Virus record (IMG/VR): IMGVR_UViG_3300030385_002649
Location: 62,001-126,000 of that record
DNA: 64,000 nt
Direction: 5' to 3' (one strand)
The translations under genes were made by a program, and so were the position numbers. The notes below the pieces were generated by a model. The model did no database searches and had not been told where the DNA came from. It worked only from the letters and a program-made list of their open reading frames with translations. This document shows positions 55,566 to 64,000 of this stretch, piece after piece; positions within the stretch are counted from its first letter, which is position 1; the number at the start of each line of letters is the position of its first letter.

Positions 55566-58310
55566 TTATGTGCTATAGTTACGTTCGAGAGCGTTACCAA
55601 CCGCAATTGTCTGGGAGTTAACCTTTCCAATAGTTTCGTTGACCAGAACGTATTGGGCCAAGTCATCGCCGATTGCTACTACAACAACGTTAGCATCAGT
55701 ATCCGGAGTTCTACCTCCCTGAGCGTTGTTGGTATAATCGAAAGATCGACTAATGTTTCCAGCAATTGTGGTGAAGTCCATGTCGACATTGCTAGCATCG
55801 TCAACGATGATTGCTCCGTTACTATCGAATTCATCACCGTTAGCTGGTGTTCCATCGGGATCAGCGAAGAATGCAACTAATCTCTTGAAGCTGGAGTTGA
55901 TCAAGTTGTTGTTAACAGCGAAGATCAATCCAACAAGGAAAGCGTTGTTTCTATCATCACCAGTCAAGTCACGGAACGTAACATTGTTAGACTCAGTTGT
56001 TGAAAGATCATCTGGGAAGAGGTCAAGCGTGGTACCGTTAGGAGAAGCGAAGCTCATCAATAGGGCAGTAATGTCTCCACGTTCAATCCCAGTCGATCCG
56101 TCAATATCAGATGTCAAGCGCAGCTTCCACTGTAAATATTGGAAAATCTGTGATAGGTCACCAGAGTTAGCGAACAACCTCCAGTGGAAAGGATATGCTA
56201 CAGAGTTAATCGTTCTAACAATGCCGGTCTCATAAGCAAGAACCGCTGCGGTGTCCGTAGCATCTGCTGTAAGAAGTTCCTCAGCAATCAACGTTATAGT
56301 TAACGCTACGCTTGCTGAGATAACAAACTGTCCATCGTTAGCAGAAACTGTAGCGCTTGTAACTGTTACAGCGCCACCGACATCATAACCGTCCGTGACC
56401 CAAGACCCAGCAGCACGTGTAATCGTGTCAGGGTTGGAATCAACGAATGACGGATCGTTGGCAACATCACCTTGAGTAGTCTCGAAACGCTGCAGGAACA
56501 TTCCTGGGCGGAAAACCCTGAAAGACTGAGCAGTCTGGGTGGTAAAGACTTGGTCACTAGTGTCGAGAGTAATAACTGTCGCGGTCGCACTAATCACCTT
56601 GTAATAGCCAACATGCGCAGCTACACCAGAGTAAATCTCAACAATGTCGTCTGCTACAACAATTCGGTCACCGATAGCTGTATCAGTAGTGAATGTTCCA
56701 CCAGCATCAGTTAGAGTACCAGTAACCCCGGTAGCGTCCGCGATAGCGCCAATAGCGCTACCAACATCTTGCAATGGAGTCCTGGCATCATAAGTCTGAG
56801 TCGACTCACCGCCAGTATAAGTAAGCAGAGGATCCTTCCAAAGAGTTACTACTGTATCAGAGTCTACACTCTTTACAACATAGCTGCCTGCGTCAGAACC
56901 AGTAGAGATGACAAAAGCATCTCCAGTTCTTAGAATAGCAAGCGTACGAGCAACTGTGGCAGTAAATCCGCCAGTGGCACTAGTAAATGTGAAGGCTGTA
57001 GTGTCAGCGGTTGGCGCTGTTTCAGTAACACCATCAGTAGTAGTTAGAAGCGACTCTGATTGTTGAAAAATCTCACCAGTAGCCGTACCATCGCCAGCCA
57101 TGACGCCATCTTCTAAAAGAATAGCGGGGTCTACGGCGTGCGATAGAGGAAAACGGTTAACAAGAGCTTCAAGAACCGTAACGCCAATTTCTGTTAGGCC
57201 AGCTTGAGCGTATGTACGAGCTTTCTTACGAACACGAAGTTCTAAGAAACGTCTGTGGTCAACTTGGACCACAGCTAGAGTGTCGGCACCGTTTGCGGTA
57301 AACGTGGCAGCACCGAATGTCATTGTAGAGTCGGTTCCAGTAGGTACTGTAAGGATTGGCCCAAACGTGCCATCATTAGCGACATTCTCTGCCGCACGAA
57401 TGATGACGTAATCGCCAACACGATAATTATCTGTTTCCCAACTACCACCATCTTGTCGTTGCAGAGTGGTGGTACCGAAGATGAACCCAGTACCACTATC
57501 AGGACCAACATCTGGCCCGGTAACTAGAACAGCCTGGTTAGCAGGACCTGTAAGTTTCATGTCTGTAGGAGTAGCTGTCGTATCACCTTGCTGGTAATAA
57601 ATCTGAGCGTCAGCGTCGACGGTACCAAGAGTAGCAACCCCAATATAACGACGAAGAATGTTGCCAGTGGTATCTTGCTCCTGCCATCCACCAGTTCTAA
57701 CTAGGTCGCGAGGAACACCCTCATCATCAGAAGTCTCCACGGCGTTAACAGCAGCGAAAGACCAAGCTGATGTAGCATCACCGTTAACACCACCAAGAAT
57801 CATCTGCTCACGAGTAATAGCGGTAAATGGGAACGTGAACTGGATCAAGTCCTCAGCGTTCCCCAAGCCTCCAGCAAGTTCACGCCACTCTTCCTTAAGG
57901 AAGGAATAAAGAGCCTGTAGAGTAACACCATCTGAAACTGCAACCGGAGTTCCACCTGTAGCAAGCTTAGCATTAACTCTATACGTCAGGTCAGCCGCCG
58001 TTGAAGCCGGAATTGTTCGATCGACCACGAATGAAGTAGCTGCAATGGTGCTGACTACTCGATAATGACCGATAATCAAGCCGTCGTCAGCAGGATCACT
58101 GATAATAGTCAGTACATCACCTACCTCGACACTATCGGTGACGTAATCGCCATTAGTAGTATCAGTAAAAGTAGTGGTGCCATCAGAGTCGCCCGTTTGT
58201 TGGAGCGTACCTCTTATTGTATCTTGACCTCTTAGAGAGATAGTTTGTGCAATTGGGTCGACGGCTACTTGATAGCGGTCTAGTGAGTCTGGGTCTGTTA
58301 CAATTGTCAT
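55566..58310 (-). CDS. large Thr/Asp/Gly-rich virion structural protein (914 aa)
   Basis: Repeated beta-rich modules (GD..TI...GHY.VV...T...D); structural block. Confidence 0.75.
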   Translation of the reverse strand: MTIVTDPDSLDRYQVAVDPIAQTISLRGQDTIRGTLQQTGDSDGTTTFTDTTNGDYVTDSVEVGDVLTIISDPADDGLIIGHYRVVSTIAATSFVVDRTIPASTAADLTYRVNAKLATGGTPVAVSDGVTLQALYSFLKEEWRELAGGLGNAEDLIQFTFPFTAITREQMILGGVNGDATSAWSFAAVNAVETSDDEGVPRDLVRTGGWQEQDTTGNILRRYIGVATLGTVDADAQIYYQQGDTTATPTDMKLTGPANQAVLVTGPDVGPDSGTGFIFGTTTLQRQDGGSWETDNYRVGDYVIIRAAENVANDGTFGPILTVPTGTDSTMTFGAATFTANGADTLAVVQVDHRRFLELRVRKKARTYAQAGLTEIGVTVLEALVNRFPLSHAVDPAILLEDGVMAGDGTATGEIFQQSESLLTTTDGVTETAPTADTTAFTFTSATGGFTATVARTLAILRTGDAFVISTGSDAGSYVVKSVDSDTVVTLWKDPLLTYTGGESTQTYDARTPLQDVGSAIGAIADATGVTGTLTDAGGTFTTDTAIGDRIVVADDIVEIYSGVAAHVGYYKVISATATVITLDTSDQVFTTQTAQSFRVFRPGMFLQRFETTQGDVANDPSFVDSNPDTITRAAGSWVTDGYDVGGAVTVTSATVSANDGQFVISASVALTITLIAEELLTADATDTAAVLAYETGIVRTINSVAYPFHWRLFANSGDLSQIFQYLQWKLRLTSDIDGSTGIERGDITALLMSFASPNGTTLDLFPDDLSTTESNNVTFRDLTGDDRNNAFLVGLIFAVNNNLINSSFKRLVAFFADPDGTPANGDEFDSNGAIIVDDASNVDMDFTTIAGNISRSFDYTNNAQGGRTPDTDANVVVVAIGDDLAQYVLVNETIGKVNSQTIAVGNALERNYST

Positions 58311-58311
58311 A

Positions 58312-58548
58312 TTAAACCTCTGCCAATTCTATGGGTTCGCCGCGCTGGTCGGCCTTTTTTCTAGCGTAACGCAAGCACTTTCCACATTGTAAACAAAGGG
58401 ATGTTCCATCTTTCAGAAGATCAATATAGTATTGTTCACTAGATTGGATGAATGTAGGACATAACTTGTCGCTACATTCTTTCTCGCCACCACCATTTAT
58501 GAGGGGCTTCATTCCAAAAAAGGTTCCTTCTTCTTGTTCTTCATTCAT
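58312..58548 (-). CDS. small Zn-ribbon hypothetical
   Basis: CSDKLC...CLQCGKC. Confidence 0.6.
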   Translation of the reverse strand: MNEEQEEGTFFGMKPLINGGGEKECSDKLCPTFIQSSEQYYIDLLKDGTSLCLQCGKCLRYARKKADQRGEPIELAEV

Positions 58549-59036
58549 TCGGTTACAACCTCTGTCACAATCTGATATTTTTTATATAAAGCGCGACGTT
58601 GCACTATCAAATTATTCACAATATTTTTGTACGCAGACTCTTTAGAAAGACCTTGGGCCCAGGCTCTCTTAAAAACCCTAATTTCTCTATCATGGACGTC
58701 GCATAACTTGCATGGTTCATCTCGAATCGGTTTCCCAGATTTGATCATATGAACAAAACATTGATCTCCGCCAGGAGGCCAGCTTTCATACTTCCTATGC
58801 TTACCAGAACACACCATGCATAAATTACAAGACTCACATTTCGCAGCTACTCTTCTAATATCGACTTCTTGCGTTAGTCCTACCCTACCTTTATATGCTG
58901 TTTTTACTGTCCCTTTAGTATCTTCTATTTTCTTGTTTAATTCAATGAGTTCTTTGGTTGGTATCTCAGCCACAACTGGAATTTTAGAAAATTCACCATC
59001 AGGCCCTCTAAAAAACAGCATAGAGATAGTATTCAT
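58545..59036 (-). CDS. Cys-rich hypothetical protein
   Basis: CESCNLCMVC...C..H...CKLCDVH; ATGA overlaps. Confidence 0.65.
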   Translation of the reverse strand: MNTISMLFFRGPDGEFSKIPVVAEIPTKELIELNKKIEDTKGTVKTAYKGRVGLTQEVDIRRVAAKCESCNLCMVCSGKHRKYESWPPGGDQCFVHMIKSGKPIRDEPCKLCDVHDREIRVFKRAWAQGLSKESAYKNIVNNLIVQRRALYKKYQIVTEVVTE

Positions 59037-59692
59037 GCAATGGTCTCCACAGAAATCAGTCTTGAACCAGAATATATTAGAGCTTTGCTGAGAGTAGCTC
59101 CATCCGACGCCCTTGTTAACAACGTGGACGTCAGATTGTTCCCAGTATACGCCAACGATTTGGCAAATAACAAAGTTGTTTTGGTATTATCCTCATAAAT
59201 GTTTACTGAGATCAAATTGTTCCCAGTATACAATAACTCTTTAAAATTAGAGAGATTACTTAGTTTAAATTCTAACTCTAACTCTAAATCTAATTTATTA
59301 TCTATAGACCATAATGATTGCAATCTCCAATCGCCACTTGCTTTATGAGTTAGAAGATAATCTCCAACATCGCTGATGGTCGCTGAAGCCGCGTCATTTA
59401 CAGTCCCAGAAGATGTAAATGTGAGACTGTTACTTTCAATATCGTCATTTTCAACGTGTAGGAAGAACAGTCTCCCAGGAAGTTCTGTAGCGTCTAAAGT
59501 AAGGGTGCGGTCTGCTGATAAATTCCCGGAAGAGCCCAAATAAATTGGTGCGTCTTCTTCTAAGTTAGATGTTGCTGCATTTTGTAGTAATGAGTCGCAG
59601 ACGCCGTCAACCTGAGGTCCAACATTTAGGTCATAAAATTGACCAGATAGACCTCCATGAATTTGGACCGACTCAAGAAACGACTTGGCCAT
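59033..59692 (-). CDS. probable structural protein (219 aa)
   Basis: C-terminal YTGNNL repeats; TAAAAATA upstream. Confidence 0.65.
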   Translation of the reverse strand: MAKSFLESVQIHGGLSGQFYDLNVGPQVDGVCDSLLQNAATSNLEEDAPIYLGSSGNLSADRTLTLDATELPGRLFFLHVENDDIESNSLTFTSSGTVNDAASATISDVGDYLLTHKASGDWRLQSLWSIDNKLDLELELEFKLSNLSNFKELLYTGNNLISVNIYEDNTKTTLLFAKSLAYTGNNLTSTLLTRASDGATLSKALIYSGSRLISVETIA

Positions 59693-59696
59693 ATCT

Positions 59697-59704
59697 TATT
59701 TTTA
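59697..59704 (-). promoter_or_regulatory. TAAAAATA putative late promoter
   Basis: 4 nt upstream of ATG59692. Confidence 0.5.
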
Positions 59705-60331
59705 GCTGATTATTACTCGACCACTAAATGTGGGCGCTAAAGGAGCCTTGATTAGTCTAATCAGCCCAGTTACAAGGTTGACCGACACTTCTAAATCGAC
59801 TCCGACAATTATTGGGCTACCATCGCTTCTCCATACATTTAAGTGAAATGAGCGATTTGTCCCATATTCATGTGGCCCAATATCGCCAGGCACTAAAGGG
59901 CCCTCGTTTGGAATATGAATTTGGTTAACAGTGCCATCTGTCCAATCTGAAGCGGCAAATGTGAATTCGCTAGCTTGTCCAGTAAGTAACTCTAAAATAG
60001 AAACTCTGCGGTTTAGATCAGAGCATTCTAAAAGCCAGTCAATGGTATCGCACATATTTTGTTGTAAAACTGTTTGATAAACTAGCTGTGCTCGTGGGCC
60101 TTCTAGATTAACTCCAAACCTACCGCCGCCTGGGACTGTACTATCTGGGATGAAACCGTAGAGGTATTCAACGTTCACACCGTCAGAAAATGTGATAGTT
60201 CCCCCACCGCCGCGAACTAAAATGTCGGTTACTTTCACTCCAGATTTTACAGGCAACAAAGAATTGTTGATGCCGCTAAAGTTTTTCGAGGTGGCTGCAA
60301 ATTTCCAAAAGTCTTCTGGACATGGCTGCAT
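59702..60331 (-). CDS. probable structural protein
   Basis: Track 59702..60355 (TTG); ATG60331 avoids overlap. Confidence 0.65.
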   Translation of the reverse strand: MQPCPEDFWKFAATSKNFSGINNSLLPVKSGVKVTDILVRGGGGTITFSDGVNVEYLYGFIPDSTVPGGGRFGVNLEGPRAQLVYQTVLQQNMCDTIDWLLECSDLNRRVSILELLTGQASEFTFAASDWTDGTVNQIHIPNEGPLVPGDIGPHEYGTNRSFHLNVWRSDGSPIIVGVDLEVSVNLVTGLIRLIKAPLAPTFSGRVIIS

Positions 60332-60345
60332 GGTAGTACTCCGAC

Positions 60346-60720
60346 TTAAGTACAACTAATTAGATTAATCAACAATCCTAATAGTTGTTTTACTTCTGAT
60401 CTCGAAACAGGACCATCGTCTTCTTTAATCTCGTTGAACCGGGCCCTAGCGCCTTGGACGCCAGCTTGCTCCATGCCTTTAAGCATTTGTTCAACCCATT
60501 GATTGTCTTTAAAATTGCCAAGTTCTTTAGCGCCGTCAATGAATTTAACTTTGGTATCCTCTGGAATCCCTCTGTTCTTTTCGTCATCATCAATAGTGAT
60601 TGTTATTTTGGCTTCGTTTAAAACCCCGGCGCCTGACTTCAAGACATAATCCTGAAGCTTGGACATATATTCCAAGAAAACCTTTTTGTCAGTCTCCTTA
60701 TATAATTTATCCAGTTTCAT
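60346..60720 (-). CDS. hypothetical with MKLDKLY leader
   Basis: MKLDKLYKE...FLE...VLNEA. Confidence 0.7.
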   Translation of the reverse strand: MKLDKLYKETDKKVFLEYMSKLQDYVLKSGAGVLNEAKITITIDDDEKNRGIPEDTKVKFIDGAKELGNFKDNQWVEQMLKGMEQAGVQGARARFNEIKEDDGPVSRSEVKQLLGLLINLISCT

Positions 60721-60733
60721 GCTTTATCTTTCA

Positions 60734-63700
60734 TTAAAGGGAAGGGAAGAGAATAAACGGAATCTCAGAACCAGGGTTTCCAATTATTTTACTCGCCGAA
60801 CCGCCGTTTATAATCCCAAGGAAAGCGTCAGACATCGCCTGATCCTTCATAAAGTTTACAAACCCACTAGTAGGGAGCCCAAGAAACTCTTCCCCGCCAC
60901 CGCCAGGAATATTACCAACAGCCCCAACAAAAGGAGGTGTTGTAGTGGGCCAAGCGATAGCCGGGTGGCCATCTCCAGAGTCTATGAATTGCCTCACACA
61001 AGGTGTGCTTTCGCTCTCGCCACCGCCACAAGTCGTGTCGATACCGATGGACCGTTTCACGATAACCCACCAGTTGTCTGTGCCAACTTCGATCAGAGCG
61101 CCACAGCAAGCACCAATTCTCCAGCCTCTTTCATACCATTCCACCTGCTTATAGTGCATTTGGCACCCAGAGCCAGGTGGAATAGGCGAGAAAATGACCC
61201 TATTAGGATTCTGGCCAACTCCGCCAACACTCTTACCATTTCCAGAAGCGGTCCAGGTGCTATTTGTTGGAACTTTATTGTCAGGTTCTGCACCCGGAAC
61301 TGGTGGGACAGGGCTTTCTGTAACTTCAACAACTCGTGCGTTAACCGTTTGACCCGCGCCGCCAATCTGGAGAGTAGAAAGAACAACGTAGAGGGCCTCG
61401 ACGCCTAGATCTGATTTAGGAGGAAGCGTGTTTCCGAAGTTGATCGCAAAGATCCCCTCATCGCCCTCAGCTCGGTATACCGTCTTGATTCTGGGTAGAC
61501 TCGTGTCTGGATCGATATCATCAACATCAATTCTCTTAATTCTAGTTCCAGAAGGAATAGGAGTAGAACCCCTGTCGTTAGTGATGTAATAAATGTCCTT
61601 AGTCACAGGGTTTATTTTAAGTCCGAAACCATTCTCAGGAATATCTCTGAAAAGAACTCTAGCACCATTGCTGGACACCACAGTATAGATAGCATTATCT
61701 TCAATGGAGAAGACACTATATTGGTTAAATTCTAAGTCTAGCTCCTCTTGGATGGCTTCAACATGAAACTGGTTAATCTGCTCACTTGGGACTGGAAGCG
61801 TTGGTTGTGGGTTAGCAGGCTTGCTAGAAGTGACAGCGACCCCTGAGAATCCTGTCCCAAAAAGTTGGATTGATTCGGAATTTCTAAGGCGTCCTGCAAC
61901 TGCAACAGTTCTCCCTGATCCCGGTGGATTTCCAACTCCGAAACAACATCTTGGAGTCGTCACATCATCTCTAAACGCTGAACCGTTGGAGAAGTAAGTC
62001 TTGCTCATGCCCTTCGCGAGATACCAATTACTACCAATTCCGATGTACAGTTCTTGATTCAAGTTCGGCCCGGCTTGGACGTGGTCTCCTAGAGCGATGC
62101 TAACATTGTTTGAAGTTGGGAGACCTTCTTCCATGGTGATGACCGTATTAGCAGCCAGACCGTTAGCGTCACCAAATGAGGTGTTGCGAATCAAGCTGTT
62201 GGACGCCAAGAATGAAATGATGGTTCCTGCTGGGCCGTCTACAATATAGACAACGCCGTGATCATCTACTGCCATGCAATCGCCTGAAACCGAACCACTA
62301 ACTGTGTTTAATACTCGGTTGTCATTGTTCACCAAGTCATTAAAACCGCTGCTCACATTCAGGTGAGTGACACGTTGGTTGCCTGCTTCATTGAACAAGA
62401 AATGATTATTGCCGTTGAAATTGATTCCACGTTTTAGTACGGTGTCGAATCCCTCGTAATCGCCATAATAAGAGCCTAGGCTGCTATAAAGAAGACCAGT
62501 GTTTAAGCTATCAGTGCCAACTTTGGTACCAACCACTCTCTTGATTCTACCTAGTACAAAGTTCTCACCTTGCGCTAAGCCAGTCTGAGGCAGATTGAAA
62601 TCATCAATTATTACTTCTATGGACGACCCTGGAATTCCGATTGTTGCGGTGATCACGCCAATGGCTACCGTGCCAATAGGAGCGTTTTGATACTCTATTT
62701 CGATGTCGGTCATCACTCGGCCGCTAGCGGCTTTTTCAACAGGAGTCCCAAGAAGACCCTGGACGTAAGTTAGCCTAGCAATGCCTTCTAGTCGGATCGC
62801 TCTTCTGAGTTGATTCGCCGTTAAAGAACTCTTGATAGCCGATTCTTCAATAGTCTTTTGTGCTATGACGGTCTCGGTGAAGATGTCAGGAGGTGAAAGA
62901 ACCTGCACTGGCATACCGAGAGACAAAGAACTTAAAACCCCAACGCTCTCCGGGCCCACTGTATGAAACGCCGAGTAGTATTTGTTTCCAGAAATATCAG
63001 TAAGAATATATCGAAGGCTAACAGAGCTTGATGATTGAATGCTGATACTAATATCTAGAATACATGGGTCTTGAGGCGATCCTGGTGTACCTCTTGGAAG
63101 CATCGAAGCTTCTTCTGAAACAATCGGAACGCCTGGGATGACGATTAAACCGCCCTTTACGGTGGTCGGAACGTCTTCTGGATCGTCACCGTCGTCCTCT
63201 GGAACGTCTTTTGGATCGTCTCCATCAGGAACGTCTCTAGGATCATCTCCGTCAGGAGGTGTAAGACCCTCTGGAATAGGAGCAGGAATGATCGTTTCTT
63301 CTGGAGTGGACCCAGGAACCGCTGCAGGAACTTCAATGTTGATCGGTCGGGTTACAGTATAGTTCTGGCCAGCTACGTTGTTTTCTGATTCAATAGCGAA
63401 TTCGTTTCCGCCACCATAACGAGATTCATCTTCTGAACTAGAACCAACCGTAACGTCATAAAGCGCTACCGATACCACATCGCGCACTTGAGAGGTCTGA
63501 GGGCCAAGTCCTTCAGTTCCACCTTGCGCCAGGAGGATTTCACCCTGATCAGGGTCGGCTACCAGCCAACTTCTCATAGTATCTAGGTTAAGCGGATCGA
63601 AGACAATAGACCAGTTAAGTCCATCTAGTTCTCCAATAGCGAACCCGGAAGAGCTAGCAATGTTTACGCCGCCTTCAAAGGCGGTCTCACTAGACTGAAG

Positions 63701-64000
63701 AATGGTGCTTCCAGGGCTTTGAGCTGCTATAGATGTCGAAAGGGCGTTATCGTTAACTTCTAAGGCCACTTGCATATTGGCAGTGAAGTCAGCTTCGTCG
63801 TTCCCAGTACCAGGAACTGCGCCGCCAACAAAGAAGAAACTAAGACCATCAGTTCCCAAGTGGAAGAAGTTTTGAGCAGTGGTTTCTACTAGGGTTAGGC
63901 CAGACGGGTTAACGTTTCCGTCTCCATCAACGGCCAAATAATCCGCAGCGGTTCCTCCGCTCACGAATGGGACAACTCTAGCTACGAAACTATCTGTTGA
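60734..64000 (-). CDS. very large virion protein, 5'-truncated by the window edge
   Basis: Frame open from 64000 (STDSFVARVVPFVSGG...), so the track start at 63964 is not the true start; beta-propeller-like segments and Pro/Asp linker. Confidence 0.8.
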   Translation of the reverse strand, partial: STDSFVARVVPFVSGGTAADYLAVDGDGNVNPSGLTLVETTAQNFFHLGTDGLSFFFVGGAVPGTGNDEADFTANMQVALEVNDNALSTSIAAQSPGSTILQSSETAFEGGVNIASSSGFAIGELDGLNWSIVFDPLNLDTMRSWLVADPDQGEILLAQGGTEGLGPQTSQVRDVVSVALYDVTVGSSSEDESRYGGGNEFAIESENNVAGQNYTVTRPINIEVPAAVPGSTPEETIIPAPIPEGLTPPDGDDPRDVPDGDDPKDVPEDDGDDPEDVPTTVKGGLIVIPGVPIVSEEASMLPRGTPGSPQDPCILDISISIQSSSSVSLRYILTDISGNKYYSAFHTVGPESVGVLSSLSLGMPVQVLSPPDIFTETVIAQKTIEESAIKSSLTANQLRRAIRLEGIARLTYVQGLLGTPVEKAASGRVMTDIEIEYQNAPIGTVAIGVITATIGIPGSSIEVIIDDFNLPQTGLAQGENFVLGRIKRVVGTKVGTDSLNTGLLYSSLGSYYGDYEGFDTVLKRGINFNGNNHFLFNEAGNQRVTHLNVSSGFNDLVNNDNRVLNTVSGSVSGDCMAVDDHGVVYIVDGPAGTIISFLASNSLIRNTSFGDANGLAANTVITMEEGLPTSNNVSIALGDHVQAGPNLNQELYIGIGSNWYLAKGMSKTYFSNGSAFRDDVTTPRCCFGVGNPPGSGRTVAVAGRLRNSESIQLFGTGFSGVAVTSSKPANPQPTLPVPSEQINQFHVEAIQEELDLEFNQYSVFSIEDNAIYTVVSSNGARVLFRDIPENGFGLKINPVTKDIYYITNDRGSTPIPSGTRIKRIDVDDIDPDTSLPRIKTVYRAEGDEGIFAINFGNTLPPKSDLGVEALYVVLSTLQIGGAGQTVNARVVEVTESPVPPVPGAEPDNKVPTNSTWTASGNGKSVGGVGQNPNRVIFSPIPPGSGCQMHYKQVEWYERGWRIGACCGALIEVGTDNWWVIVKRSIGIDTTCGGGESESTPCVRQFIDSGDGHPAIAWPTTTPPFVGAVGNIPGGGGEEFLGLPTSGFVNFMKDQAMSDAFLGIINGGSASKIIGNPGSEIPFILFPSL
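63168..63256 (-). repeat. GDDPxDVP peptide repeat x3
   Basis: PDGDDPRDVPDGDDPKDVPEDDGDDPEDVP. Confidence 0.85.

Overview
This window reads as part of a very large (jumbo) tailed-phage genome. Coding density is near total, many genes overlap (ATGA/TAATG), and I saw no rRNA, tRNA or CRISPR array. The standard genetic code gives long intact ORFs. There are three zones. (1) ~1-15.9 kb, mostly + strand, is a DNA-metabolism/early region: SF2 helicase, DUF932-like protein, a PARP1-like ADP-ribosyltransferase (WGR-regulatory-catalytic, H-Y-E triad intact), ClpS, NAD-dependent ligase, UvsE and MazG-like. It is interleaved with a family of ten clear and several weaker Cys/His + W-x-S microproteins. Six of the ten clear members are absent from the supplied ORF track, and they form two translationally coupled tandem arrays, one behind the PARP and one behind ClpS. 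(2) ~15.9-38.5 kb is a metabolic island. It holds a complete glyoxylate shunt (aceB-aceA), a ulosonic-acid operon (HAD phosphatase, DHDPS/NAL-like aldolase, KdsA, NeuA-type cytidylyltransferase, methyltransferase), a GT29 sialyltransferase-like enzyme with all four sialylmotifs, a sialidase-like propeller, perosamine synthase, GT2/GT4/GT9 enzymes, tmk, dut, an Hc1-like protein and a PilC/GspF N-terminal fragment. (3) ~38.5-64 kb, all minus strand, encodes putative virion proteins: acidic/low-complexity head-like proteins sharing MKLxxLY leaders and an IAxLLTEDP motif, a GGDEF-like protein with such a leader, a collagen-like fibre, a baseplate protein and large Thr/Gly-rich structural proteins. 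A TAAAAATA octamer, one base from the T4 late promoter, precedes several of these genes. All family assignments come from motif recognition by eye; no database searches were run.
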